NCBI GenBank assembly: GCA_015520045.1
Contig: WAQW01000018.1
Coordinates: 16,380-80,379 of the forward strand
Reading direction: 5' to 3'
Length of the DNA: 64,000 bases
Source of the DNA: Thermoplasmata archaeon
Lineage (GTDB): Archaea; Thermoplasmatota; Thermoplasmata; Thermoplasmatales; Thermoplasmataceae
Under the pieces are notes generated by a model, which was given only the letters and a program-made list of their open reading frames with translations, searched no databases and was not told the DNA's origin. Position 1 is the stretch's first letter. Each line of letters opens with the position of its first letter. Both the position numbers and the translations under genes were made by a program. Below are positions 19,337 through 28,050 of the stretch, piece after piece.

Positions 19337-19792
19337 TCACTTCAGTGGCATAAACTTCGAAGACCTTGTGGCACCCACACCGGGACCAGAATGCTTCACT
19401 TCCTTTCTCGTCTGTGAGAACTCTCCAAGGTAATGCCCGATCATCTCCGGTTTTATGTCGAACCTAACATATGTATTTCCGTTGTAAACCTGTACCACCT
19501 TTCCCACGTACTGTGGGATTATTATAAGATCGCGCACGTGTGTCTTTACCTCACTCTTTTCAGAAAGAAGTTTGTTGTGAAGTATTTTCTGATCGTGGTT
19601 CATCTCTCTTCTCAGGCTTCTTCGAGCACGCGCGGGGAGTATTTCCAGAAGTTCCTCCATACTCTTCTGTTTGAGTTCCTCAAGGGTGAACCCTTTGTAG
19701 GAGAATTCTTTCTTCCTTCCAGCAACCACGCTCCTGGATTTCCGTGACTTTCTTCTGATAGATTTGACAGATGCTTTTTTCTTAACAACCAT
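19337..19792 (-). CDS. rps19: 30S ribosomal protein uS19
   Basis: KTHVRD, MIGHYLGEF and GVGATRSSKFMPLK. Confidence 0.98.
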   Translation of the reverse strand: MVVKKKASVKSIRRKSRKSRSVVAGRKKEFSYKGFTLEELKQKSMEELLEILPARARRSLRREMNHDQKILHNKLLSEKSEVKTHVRDLIIIPQYVGKVVQVYNGNTYVRFDIKPEMIGHYLGEFSQTRKEVKHSGPGVGATRSSKFMPLK

Positions 19793-20484
19793 TACCTCTT
19801 CCTCCTCTTAGGCGACAGCCGCCCGACTTTTTTACCAGGAGGTGCATTCCTGCTGACAGTGTTTGGGCCCCCTACATGCTGGTGGTTTCCCCCACCATGC
19901 GGGTGATTGACCGCGTTCATGGCGACCCCTCTCACAGAATATGGCCTCTTCGCCTTGCTCTTCAACATTCTTACCTTGTATCCTGCCTTGAGAACAACAA
20001 TATCCTTAGCTCCAGATCCTGCAACCTTCCCGATGGTTGCCCTGCAGCGAGGATCAAAGAGCTTCATTTCCCCAGAGGGCATCTTGAGTGTGACATGGCT
20101 ACCGTGGGTGACAATCAGTGCTGATGATCCGGCGGTCCTACAGAATTTTCCACCTTCTCCAGGCCTGTTTTCAATATTATAAACAGAGGTCCCATCCGGT
20201 ATTTTACCCAGAGGAAGGGTATTACCAACCTCGGGAGAGGCATCCTGGGAGGATACTACACTCATTCCAACGGCAGCACCATTAAAGGCAATGCCATATG
20301 TCCTCTCACCCACAGAACTCTCGAGAACAAGCAGAGGTGCGTTCCTTCCCGGAGCGTGAATAATGTCAGCTATTTTGAACGTTCCATCCCTTAGGGATGA
20401 TATGGAGCTAACATGCCTGTGGCTCGGAGACCTGTAAGTTAACGAACCTTTTCCTCTCCTCTGTGCAACAATACGTTTTCCCAT
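19792..20484 (-). CDS. rpl2: 50S ribosomal protein uL2
   Basis: MGKRI.AQRRGKG and [16 protein letters not shown]. Confidence 0.98.
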   Translation of the reverse strand: MGKRIVAQRRGKGSLTYRSPSHRHVSSISSLRDGTFKIADIIHAPGRNAPLLVLESSVGERTYGIAFNGAAVGMSVVSSQDASPEVGNTLPLGKIPDGTSVYNIENRPGEGGKFCRTAGSSALIVTHGSHVTLKMPSGEMKLFDPRCRATIGKVAGSGAKDIVVLKAGYKVRMLKSKAKRPYSVRGVAMNAVNHPHGGGNHQHVGGPNTVSRNAPPGKKVGRLSPKRRKR

Positions 20485-20493
20485 TATAACACC

Positions 20494-20745
20494 TCAGAAT
20501 ACACCGATCCTCCCGAAGACGTCATCAGCAGAGAATTCTGGATCCAGCCTTGCCATAGCTTTCTTTCCTTCCAGAGAGATCATTGTCCTTACGTTAATAA
20601 CCTTAACATCAAACCTTCTCTCAATCTCTCTCTTGATCTGAGATTTCGTGGCCTTTCTTTCAACTATAAACGTAAGGGTGTTCTCCTTCTCCAGAGCCAG
20701 CATCGATTTCTCTGTAGCCACCGGTGAAATAATCACATCTTTCAT
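20494..20745 (-). CDS. rpl23: 50S ribosomal protein uL23
   Basis: P..TEK, N.LTFIV...ATK and GKKA. Confidence 0.96.
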   Translation of the reverse strand: MKDVIISPVATEKSMLALEKENTLTFIVERKATKSQIKREIERRFDVKVINVRTMISLEGKKAMARLDPEFSADDVFGRIGVF

Positions 20746-21506
20746 TGTGCCTCCACCTTCCTCAGCTCGCCTATTGCGTCGGTGGTGTAGATCGTTAGCC
20801 TACCACCCTGGCCACCAGGAGCAAGCTTTCTAATGCTCAGACTGGTGGGCGTGCACAAATCAACGCCTGGCAGTCCACGGAATCCCCTCATTGGTTTTTC
20901 ATGAGTTGTCACGATCAGGATGCTCTTGGGCTGTTTGTACCTTCTACCCCTCATTTTACCTCGCCCTGCACGTATCTTTGTACCATTCTTAGCTCTGATG
21001 ATGTCATCATAAAGCCCAATCTTTTTGAGGAATTCAACAGCATCGGAGGTTCTGTTGATCCCGGCCACCGATTCATCCACCACGACCGGAAACTCGAGGC
21101 CCTCCGGGATCCTGTGGCCCCGGGCAATGATCTTCTCTTTTATCGCTGTGGACGCAATGGCAGAATATCTGGCCATCTTTCTCTCCTTGTGGTTTATTTT
21201 TCTGTACAGCCTTCTTTCGGTGGTGGGGGCATGTGCACTCCTACCACCCACGACACTTGCAAGGATCACGGCTCTTGTCCTCTCAGCAACACGGGGTATT
21301 CTTGATCTTCCCTGTCCTGGACCGGACGTATGGCCAACCCTTCTCAAACCAGCTGTGGGGGATGTCCCCCATGGCTGCCTTAGTGAGAGTGAAATAGCTC
21401 GATGTGCCCTCTGAATGAGATCATCCCTTGGAACACGTGAGAACACCTGGGGGAGCTCTATATCCCCCACGACTGTCCCATCCTTTGAGTAAATATTTGC
21501 CTTCAT
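20742..21506 (-). CDS. rpl4: 50S ribosomal protein uL4
   Basis: G.GRSRIPR, GGR.AH.P, RAGRGKMRGR and LAPGG..GRL. Confidence 0.97.
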   Translation of the reverse strand: MKANIYSKDGTVVGDIELPQVFSRVPRDDLIQRAHRAISLSLRQPWGTSPTAGLRRVGHTSGPGQGRSRIPRVAERTRAVILASVVGGRSAHAPTTERRLYRKINHKERKMARYSAIASTAIKEKIIARGHRIPEGLEFPVVVDESVAGINRTSDAVEFLKKIGLYDDIIRAKNGTKIRAGRGKMRGRRYKQPKSILIVTTHEKPMRGFRGLPGVDLCTPTSLSIRKLAPGGQGGRLTIYTTDAIGELRKVEAQ

Positions 21507-21507
21507 T

Positions 21508-22500
21508 TCAATCACCAAGCTTTGATTCTATGGAAATATAGTTGATATCAAGAGATTCCGCATCTGGAACTCTCTGTCTGGATGCGTCCCTGAACTTTAC
21601 CAGCCTCTTCGAAGGCCCAGGAATTGAACCGTGAAGAAGAACATAGTCACCCCTGACCAAACCATAGCCAGGGAATCCACCCTTGACGTTGATGGCGGAA
21701 ACCTCATCTTTGGTTCCGAATTTCAGAAGCCGTATGTTGTGTACTGTTCTCTGGTGAGTTCCCATCTGTCCTGCCTGAGGAACTGTATTTCTCACCCAGT
21801 CCGGATGCCACGGCCCAAGTGTACCGATCATTCTCCTATGCTTGCTGTTCTTGTGGCTCAGCAGCTTAACGCCGAAACGCTTCACGTGACCCTGAAACCC
21901 TTTACCTTTTGTGACAGATATCACGTCAACAAATTTACCGGGTTTAGAAAAATCTGTGAAGGATAGTTGCTTTCCGAGTTTTTCCTTGCAGTAATCCTCT
22001 ATATCCTTGATTGAAGAACCGCCAACCTTAAGCTCAAATATATCAGGCTTCTTCTTGGGAATGCCGGTGATCTCCCGGGGGTTTGTGCTCACTATCAGGC
22101 GTATTTCCGTAACCTCGGCACTCTCAGAGTTAAGGGTAGGTACATGGTTGCGCTTTGGCAAAACCCTTTCAAGATCCTTTGGAACCTTTTCACTCCATGT
22201 CTCACCCAGTGTAACCTTACCGCTCCAGATTTCCCCATAATATCGTATTCCGATAACATTCAGAGGAGGTACCTCCACAACAGTTGCCGGAATGAACACA
22301 TATCTTCCCGCTGTAACACTGTGTTCTCTGTAATCGAGCATCTCAACGTGTGTCATTCCCACTTTGTAACCTGCAAATCCCTGTACCTTCGGACTTCCCG
22401 CTATCTCGGGCCACGACCTTATAGATGCCTTAAGACCTTTCGAACGAACTCTGGGGTAGTATCCCTTAGAACCCCTTCTAGGATGATGCGCTCTTGCCAT
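21508..22500 (-). CDS. rpl3: 50S ribosomal protein uL3
   Basis: PRRGS.GYYPR, FAGYKVGMTH, TKGKGFQG and VPQAGQMG; ATG at 22500. Confidence 0.98.
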   Translation of the reverse strand: MARAHHPRRGSKGYYPRVRSKGLKASIRSWPEIAGSPKVQGFAGYKVGMTHVEMLDYREHSVTAGRYVFIPATVVEVPPLNVIGIRYYGEIWSGKVTLGETWSEKVPKDLERVLPKRNHVPTLNSESAEVTEIRLIVSTNPREITGIPKKKPDIFELKVGGSSIKDIEDYCKEKLGKQLSFTDFSKPGKFVDVISVTKGKGFQGHVKRFGVKLLSHKNSKHRRMIGTLGPWHPDWVRNTVPQAGQMGTHQRTVHNIRLLKFGTKDEVSAINVKGGFPGYGLVRGDYVLLHGSIPGPSKRLVKFRDASRQRVPDAESLDINYISIESKLGD

Positions 22501-22516
22501 ACGTATTCCTTTCCCA

Positions 22517-22599
22517 AGACCGTTACATCTGATTAAGGAGCAAAAGTTCACTCCATCTCTAGGGTTGCGTTATGTAGCATTGCCCTTGATGTATGGTCT
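22517..22599 (-). ncRNA. Candidate structured 5' leader (r-leader) of the rpl3 operon
   Basis: Three-way junction: outer stem AGACC-A-UACAUC / GAUGUA-AC-GGUCU enclosing hairpins AGGG..UGC/GCA..CCCU and GGAGUGAA/UUUGCUCC. It lies between a TATA box and the rpl3 start. Confidence 0.55.
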
Positions 22600-22622
22600 G
22601 CCTGAGAGGTAAATTAAAACTG

Positions 22623-22630
22623 TATTTAAA
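22623..22630 (-). promoter_or_regulatory. TATA box of the ribosomal protein operon
   Basis: TTTAAATA on the minus strand, predicting a TSS near 22600, exactly where the leader stem begins. Confidence 0.6.
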
Positions 22631-22914
22631 CATTTAGAGTTGGAAATCTACCCGATCCGCCATGGCAGCCTCATAATTCCGCTCATTCCACAGCTCTCTT
22701 TCCCGTTTTGCCCGGCTTCAGGAAATCCACTCTAAAAATGTATGCACATCTCCTGCCTACGAACCCTGAAAAAACCGGTTCAGGGAACTCCCTCATTGAG
22801 AAATTAACCTACCTGAAAAATCTTCAGTGGATTTAGCTTATGGTTACAGACCAAAGTTGAGGTTTCATGAGGCTAATGCGTTAAATGACAGTTTAAAATA
22901 CAAACAAAAGATTA

Positions 22915-24246
22915 ATGGACATGGATAGGCAGGTGAAGACTTTCCTGGATTACTCGAAGATTATTGATAAGGAGATCGAAAACGACATAAGGGATGAGAT
23001 CAAAAAAAGGATTGCGGATTCTATCTTCGTTGCATATGGTGCAAGAAATGTTACCCCAATAGAAATCGAGAAAAAGACGCTACTCCCTTCATCCGGACAA
23101 CTTAACTCAACAATATTTTTCAGCAATGAAAAGGCTTCCGTTGACGTCGCCTCGTTTATTAATGGCTCCATGGTACGGTACCTGGATTACAGCGATACCT
23201 ACCTTTCAAAGGAGGCCCTCCACCCATCGGACAACATACCTCCCCTGATAGCCCTGGGCGAGTCACTTGGCAGAACAGGAGAGGATCTTATCAGAGCAAT
23301 TGCTCTCTCATATTCGATCGTCTGTTCACTCGCTGATGCCTCGTCCATTCGCGATCGGGGATGGGACCACGTAACCTACGTTTCAATTTCATCGGCGGCG
23401 GGACTTGCGAAGCTTATGGATCTGGATGACGATAAATTTGAGAATGCCATCAATCTGGCCCTTAACAACAATATAAGTATGAGGGAGACACGTGCGGGAG
23501 AGCTCAGCATGTGGAAGGGATGCACAGCCTCCAATGCCAGTAGAAACAGTGTTGTGGCGGTTCTGCTGGCATCAAATGGCTTCACGGGTCCATCTCCAAT
23601 ATTCGAAGGTGAGATGGGTTTCTTCAAACAGGTCTCTGGAGAATTCAAGGCCGTCCCGAGTGCGGGATTGATTCTCAAAACGATGATAAAAAATTTTCCA
23701 GTTGAATATCACGCAATGAGTGCCACCGAGGCTGCTCTCGATCTGAGAAACGAACTTTCAGGAGAAATAGAATCTGTTGAGGTTAACACATTTTCTGTGG
23801 CAAACACCATAATCGTAAAAGATCCTGAAAAGTGGAGACCCGAGACGAAGGAGACCGCTGATCACAGTCTACCTTACATTGTAGCATATACCCTGAATTT
23901 TGGTGCCCCAGGCCTCCAATCGTATGATAGAAGGTTTCTGGAAGATGCAAGGATCAGGGATACCATGGGAAAAATGAAAATATCCGTGCTTAAAAAATAT
24001 GATGATCTTTATCCGGAGTATCTTCCTGCCAATGTATCCGTTAAGACTGATGCGGGATCATATGAAAAGGAGATCCTTGCTCCAAAGGGTCATCACAAGA
24101 ACCCTTACACCTGGGATGATCTCCTTCACAAGGGTGAGAAAATAATGGGAGAGAATTCCTCCAAGGAAATTGTCGAGTTCTCGAAATCGATTGAGAAGAG
24201 AGATGTGGGTGAATTACTGGAGGTAATGTCGAATGTCCATTCTTAG
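22915..24246 (+). CDS. prpD: 2-methylcitrate dehydratase (MmgE/PrpD family)
   Basis: RYLDYSDTYL..EALHPSDN, GWDHV, GELSMWKG, EYHA and ADHSLPY; leaderless after TTTAAAAT. Confidence 0.93.
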   Translation: MDMDRQVKTFLDYSKIIDKEIENDIRDEIKKRIADSIFVAYGARNVTPIEIEKKTLLPSSGQLNSTIFFSNEKASVDVASFINGSMVRYLDYSDTYLSKEALHPSDNIPPLIALGESLGRTGEDLIRAIALSYSIVCSLADASSIRDRGWDHVTYVSISSAAGLAKLMDLDDDKFENAINLALNNNISMRETRAGELSMWKGCTASNASRNSVVAVLLASNGFTGPSPIFEGEMGFFKQVSGEFKAVPSAGLILKTMIKNFPVEYHAMSATEAALDLRNELSGEIESVEVNTFSVANTIIVKDPEKWRPETKETADHSLPYIVAYTLNFGAPGLQSYDRRFLEDARIRDTMGKMKISVLKKYDDLYPEYLPANVSVKTDAGSYEKEILAPKGHHKNPYTWDDLLHKGEKIMGENSSKEIVEFSKSIEKRDVGELLEVMSNVHS

Positions 24247-25126
24247 GGATCAGATTAATGAGGGCCCATCCAGGCTGAGATCCCTCCTCAGAGAAAAGCC
24301 GATCATGCTTCCCGGTGTTTTCAACGGTGTTTCAGCAATAATAGCCGAGAAAGTCGGGTTCGAGGCTGTTTACATCTCAGGATCTGGTGTGGCTGGGAAT
24401 ATGGGTTTCCCAGATCTTTCTGTAACAACACTAACGGAGGTAGCAGAGGAGTGCAAGAGGATCAGTGCTGTTACGTCCCTTCCGGTTGTCGTGGATGCAG
24501 ATACTGGTTTCGGCGAGACGATCAATGTGATTAGAACTGTCAGAGAGCTTGAGTGGGCTGGAGCATCGGCAATACACCTTGAAGACCAGGTGCTGCCAAA
24601 AAGGTGTGGTCACCTCTCAGGAAAAAGTGTGGTGCCCACTGAAACAATGGTCCAGAAAATAAGTGCTGCGGTTTCAGCAAGAAGGGATAAGAACTTCATG
24701 ATCATAGCGAGAACGGATGCCAGAGCTGTCGAAGGCCTGGATTCGGCCCTGGAGAGGATAAGAGAGTACATCTCAGCAGGAGCGGATGCAATCTTTCCAG
24801 AGGCTCTGGAAACCGAGGATGAATTCAGAGAGGTGGCTTCCAAAGTTAAGGTCCCCCTCATGGCAAACATGACCGAATTTGGAAAGAGTCCACTTCTGAG
24901 CTTCAACGAACTCTCCTCAATGGGATACAGGATAGTGCTCTTCCCGCTCACGGCTTTCCGGGCAATGCTAAAGACCACGGAACACATATACAAAACACTC
25001 AAGGAAAAAGGAACGCAGCGTATGATCCTCGATGATCTAATGACAAGAAAGGACTACTACAGCTATATAGGCTATAACGACTACGAACGTGAAGATGCTG
25101 AACTTTCCGCTAAGGGAGTAGAATAA
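24233..25126 (+). CDS. prpB: 2-methylisocitrate lyase
   Basis: VDADTGFGE, LEDQ..PKRCGHL.GK, IARTDA and ANMTEFGK. Confidence 0.93.
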   Translation: MSILRDQINEGPSRLRSLLREKPIMLPGVFNGVSAIIAEKVGFEAVYISGSGVAGNMGFPDLSVTTLTEVAEECKRISAVTSLPVVVDADTGFGETINVIRTVRELEWAGASAIHLEDQVLPKRCGHLSGKSVVPTETMVQKISAAVSARRDKNFMIIARTDARAVEGLDSALERIREYISAGADAIFPEALETEDEFREVASKVKVPLMANMTEFGKSPLLSFNELSSMGYRIVLFPLTAFRAMLKTTEHIYKTLKEKGTQRMILDDLMTRKDYYSYIGYNDYEREDAELSAKGVE

Positions 25127-25160
25127 CGTCTGCGAATTCTCCACAGGTGCTACCAAGCAT

Positions 25161-26165
25161 TCACAGTATGATACCGGTGTGATAACCGCATTTTTTACAC
25201 CGTCCCTGATGATCCAGCGACACGATCTCAGAGCTAAAAGTATCCCGTTTTATGAGCATCGCTCCGCACTTCGGACAGTAAGTGCTCTGTGCCTGATGCC
25301 CCGGTACATTTCCAATGTAAGCATAGGAAACTCCCATATTTCTTGCCAGGGAAAGGTGTTCTTCGAGCAGGGGAGTTGGTGTGGCTTCGATATCTCTCAA
25401 AAGATAATCGGGATGAAACCTGAGGAAGCTAACCGGGATCTCGTTACCACCGATCCTGAGGATCCGGGATATCATTTTCTCAGCTTCCTCCAGAGAATCC
25501 CCTATATGCGGTACCACCAGATCTGTAATCTCCACATGAACGGAGTGATCGATCAACGCTTTTATGGTGTCGTAAATGGGTTCCACACTTCCGATTGCAA
25601 TGTAACGTCTGTAGAATTCGGGGGAACCGTTTCCCTTGAAATCCACTGTGGCAGCATCGAGAAAGTCGGATGCGTATTCTATGGATTCGGTGGTTTCATA
25701 CCCATTCGTCACGAATATGTTTATGAGACCATGCTTTCTGGCAAGAACTCCAACATCATGTGCATATTCCATAAATATGGTTGGTTCATTATATGTGAAT
25801 GCGATGCCATCGCATCCATAGGCCATGGCGAGTTTCACGATCCTCTCCGGATCGATCCTATCACCGAGGATCTCCTTTCTCTGGCTCATGTCATAATTCT
25901 GGCAGTACCTACAAGAAAAATTGCAACCAGTAGTCCCTATGGAAAGAATACTGGCACCGGGCTTCATATGAAGTATGGGTTTTTTTTCAATGGGATCGAT
26001 TTGAACCGCGTACGCGATCCCATAATTAAGCAGGTTCAGGTGGCCCCCCACATTCTTCCTGACACCACAAAAGCCTGTCTGGCCATCGGAGAGCCTGCAG
26101 TATCTGCTACAGGCAGTACACACCACGGCGCCATCTTCCCTCCTGTAAAGAACTGCTTCCTTCAA
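25161..26165 (-). CDS. amrS: AmmeMemoRadiSam system radical SAM enzyme
   Basis: N-terminal C..C...C.L..GQ.GFCGVR, DPIEKKP, GCNFSCRYCQN (CxxxCxxC), FTYNEP, RFHP.Y, YIGNVPG and a C-terminal Zn ribbon. Confidence 0.93.
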   Translation of the reverse strand: MKEAVLYRREDGAVVCTACSRYCRLSDGQTGFCGVRKNVGGHLNLLNYGIAYAVQIDPIEKKPILHMKPGASILSIGTTGCNFSCRYCQNYDMSQRKEILGDRIDPERIVKLAMAYGCDGIAFTYNEPTIFMEYAHDVGVLARKHGLINIFVTNGYETTESIEYASDFLDAATVDFKGNGSPEFYRRYIAIGSVEPIYDTIKALIDHSVHVEITDLVVPHIGDSLEEAEKMISRILRIGGNEIPVSFLRFHPDYLLRDIEATPTPLLEEHLSLARNMGVSYAYIGNVPGHQAQSTYCPKCGAMLIKRDTFSSEIVSLDHQGRCKKCGYHTGIIL

Positions 26166-26202
26166 TATGATCCCTCGCTATGATGCATTCACCAGGTTGG
26201 AT

Positions 26203-27012
26203 TCATCTGTATGCAACAAAGGATGCATACCCAACAACCCTGTTGTAATCACCCGATGCCGCTGCTGAGGTTGTATGATCGAGCAGTAAGATCTCCCCTC
26301 CGGACCTTTTCGTAATTTCCATCAGAAAAGCAATGGCACCGTAGCCGCATGGGGTGGCTCGGTTTGAGCGTATCGCTTCGTAAAGTCGATCAACGTTCAG
26401 GGACAAAACTGCTTCGATGATGTTCTGATCCTTTCTCAGTGTGACCTTCTCACTCTCATAGTGATTCATATCACTGCTTGCGATTATGATATAATCTCTA
26501 CTCAGCTGAGAGAGAGAATCCACCAGATCCATGATCACTTCCTTATTCTGATTTCCCAGCACAATGGGGACAAACGAAAAATCATTTCCGCTGATGTGCT
26601 GGATGAAAGGTAGCTGAACCTCGAGAGAATGCTCCCTGGCATGGGCTTCAGGATCCACAACTATATCAGCACTCTTGCTACTGAAAAGTTCAACCCCAAT
26701 AGCATCCACACTCGCCTCTCCCAGCGGAGTGATCCATTTCCCGGGAGGATGTATGGCGGCATAGGGTGGAAAAGAAGCGTGGTTGGGACCGATCAGAAGC
26801 ACCTTTCTGCCTCTGAATGGCATAATCCGGTAGGCATGGCACGCGGTATAAGCGGAATATACATATCCAGCGTGGGGAACAATGGCCCCCATTATTTTAC
26901 CCCTGATAGGAGGTTTTTCTGCTCTTTGGAGGCACTCTGAAATGAAGGAATTAAGCTCTGTTCTGCCATCCGGATAGAAGTAGCCGCTCACATATGGGAG
27001 CCTCTTATACAT
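26203..27012 (-). CDS. amrB: AmmeMemoRadiSam system protein B (MEMO1 family)
   Basis: G.FYP, VPHAGYVYS, GPNH, W.TPLG, EHSLEVQLPF, ASSDMNHY, CGYG and VVGY. Confidence 0.94.
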   Translation of the reverse strand: MYKRLPYVSGYFYPDGRTELNSFISECLQRAEKPPIRGKIMGAIVPHAGYVYSAYTACHAYRIMPFRGRKVLLIGPNHASFPPYAAIHPPGKWITPLGEASVDAIGVELFSSKSADIVVDPEAHAREHSLEVQLPFIQHISGNDFSFVPIVLGNQNKEVIMDLVDSLSQLSRDYIIIASSDMNHYESEKVTLRKDQNIIEAVLSLNVDRLYEAIRSNRATPCGYGAIAFLMEITKRSGGEILLLDHTTSAAASGDYNRVVGYASFVAYR

Positions 27013-27135
27013 GATTTTTATATCAAATTCTCCTATTTTAACATGAGAGCTTTTTATGTCATTATTTGTGATCCAGAAAAACGACAAGTTAATCAGCCCG
27101 ATTTTCTTTAATCATTCATGGTGGGATACAGGTTT

Positions 27136-27720
27136 ATGGGATCGAATAAGGAATTGTTCAATGTGGAGACCGTTACGCCTGAGGAGAAAGAGGAGATCCT
27201 CAGGATAGTGAAGGATACCTTGCATTCATACCTGAGAAATGGAAAAATTCCCGACAATCTGCCCTGCCCTGAAAGACTGAAGAAGTACGCCGGGATATTC
27301 GTGACGCTCAAAAAGAGAGGAATGCTTCGTGGCTGCATCGGATTTCCATATCCGGTTTATCCCATATGCAGAGGTGCCATAGAAGCCACCATAGCCGCAT
27401 CGCAGGACGATCCCCGTTTCCCACCGGTATCCGCTGGTGAACTCGATGATGTAGAGGTGGAGGTGACCCTGCTCGGTTCTCCCGTGCGCACCGATCCGAC
27501 GACCGATGATTTTGTCAAAAATTTTAAGATCGGACAGGATGGTCTCATTATTTCAAGAGGTGGCTACTCCGGTCTTTTACTGCCACAGGTTGCCCTTGAG
27601 GAGGGCTTTAACATAGAGGAATTTCTTGAGGCAACGTGTCTCAAAGCAGGCTTGCCAAGATCTGCATGGAAAGACCCGGCAACGGAGGTCTACAAATTCA
27701 GGGGAATTTCATTCACGTAA
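27136..27720 (+). CDS. amrA: AmmeMemoRadiSam system protein A (AMMECR1 family)
   Basis: GIFVTL, LRGCIG, DPRF.PV...EL, GLLLPQV and CLKAGL. An alternative ATG lies at 27118. Confidence 0.94.
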   Translation: MGSNKELFNVETVTPEEKEEILRIVKDTLHSYLRNGKIPDNLPCPERLKKYAGIFVTLKKRGMLRGCIGFPYPVYPICRGAIEATIAASQDDPRFPPVSAGELDDVEVEVTLLGSPVRTDPTTDDFVKNFKIGQDGLIISRGGYSGLLLPQVALEEGFNIEEFLEATCLKAGLPRSAWKDPATEVYKFRGISFT

Positions 27721-27728
27721 TCGGCAGA

Positions 27729-27962
27729 CTATGAGGTGATCTCGGTGAGAGTTTTTGTATCAAGTATACCCTGGATAGACCGAATGCGTTTCATAACAAT
27801 ATTCTCAACCTCTCTGTAGGAATCTGCATTAACCTTGGCGATGAAATCATACTCCCCGAGGAGTGCGTAGAGCTCTGAGACTCCACCGATGCTTTTCAGC
27901 TTATCCGCTATCTCCTCCTCCCTCCCCGGATAGGTATCAATCAAAACATATGCAACAACCAT
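27729..27962 (-). CDS. Stand-alone Lrp/AsnC ligand-binding (RAM) domain protein
   Basis: AYVLI...PG.E, GEYDFIAKV and IR.I.GI..T.T; no HTH. Confidence 0.9.
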   Translation of the reverse strand: MVVAYVLIDTYPGREEEIADKLKSIGGVSELYALLGEYDFIAKVNADSYREVENIVMKRIRSIQGILDTKTLTEITS

Positions 27963-28005
27963 TACTTAAAAAAAGCAAGGAGGTATAAATCATTATTGGT
28001 CAGGG

Positions 28006-28025
28006 TGGATGCATGAATGCATCCA
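28006..28025. promoter_or_regulatory. Perfect 9-bp inverted repeat (candidate operator)
   Basis: TGGATGCAT-GA-ATGCATCCA just upstream of the minus-strand TTTATA (27984-27989) of the RAM gene. Confidence 0.4.
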
Positions 28026-28050
28026 ATAGAGCGAGGCAGTTTTCGCGAAC

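Noticed and set aside
22501..22551. GTG-start extension of rpl3
   Set aside because: uL3 homologs begin near MARAHHPRRGS, and this stretch is better explained as a structured leader.
25179..26183. 334-aa plus-strand ORF mirroring amrS
   Set aside because: Codon-aligned antisense shadow of a motif-rich gene, with no recognisable motifs of its own.
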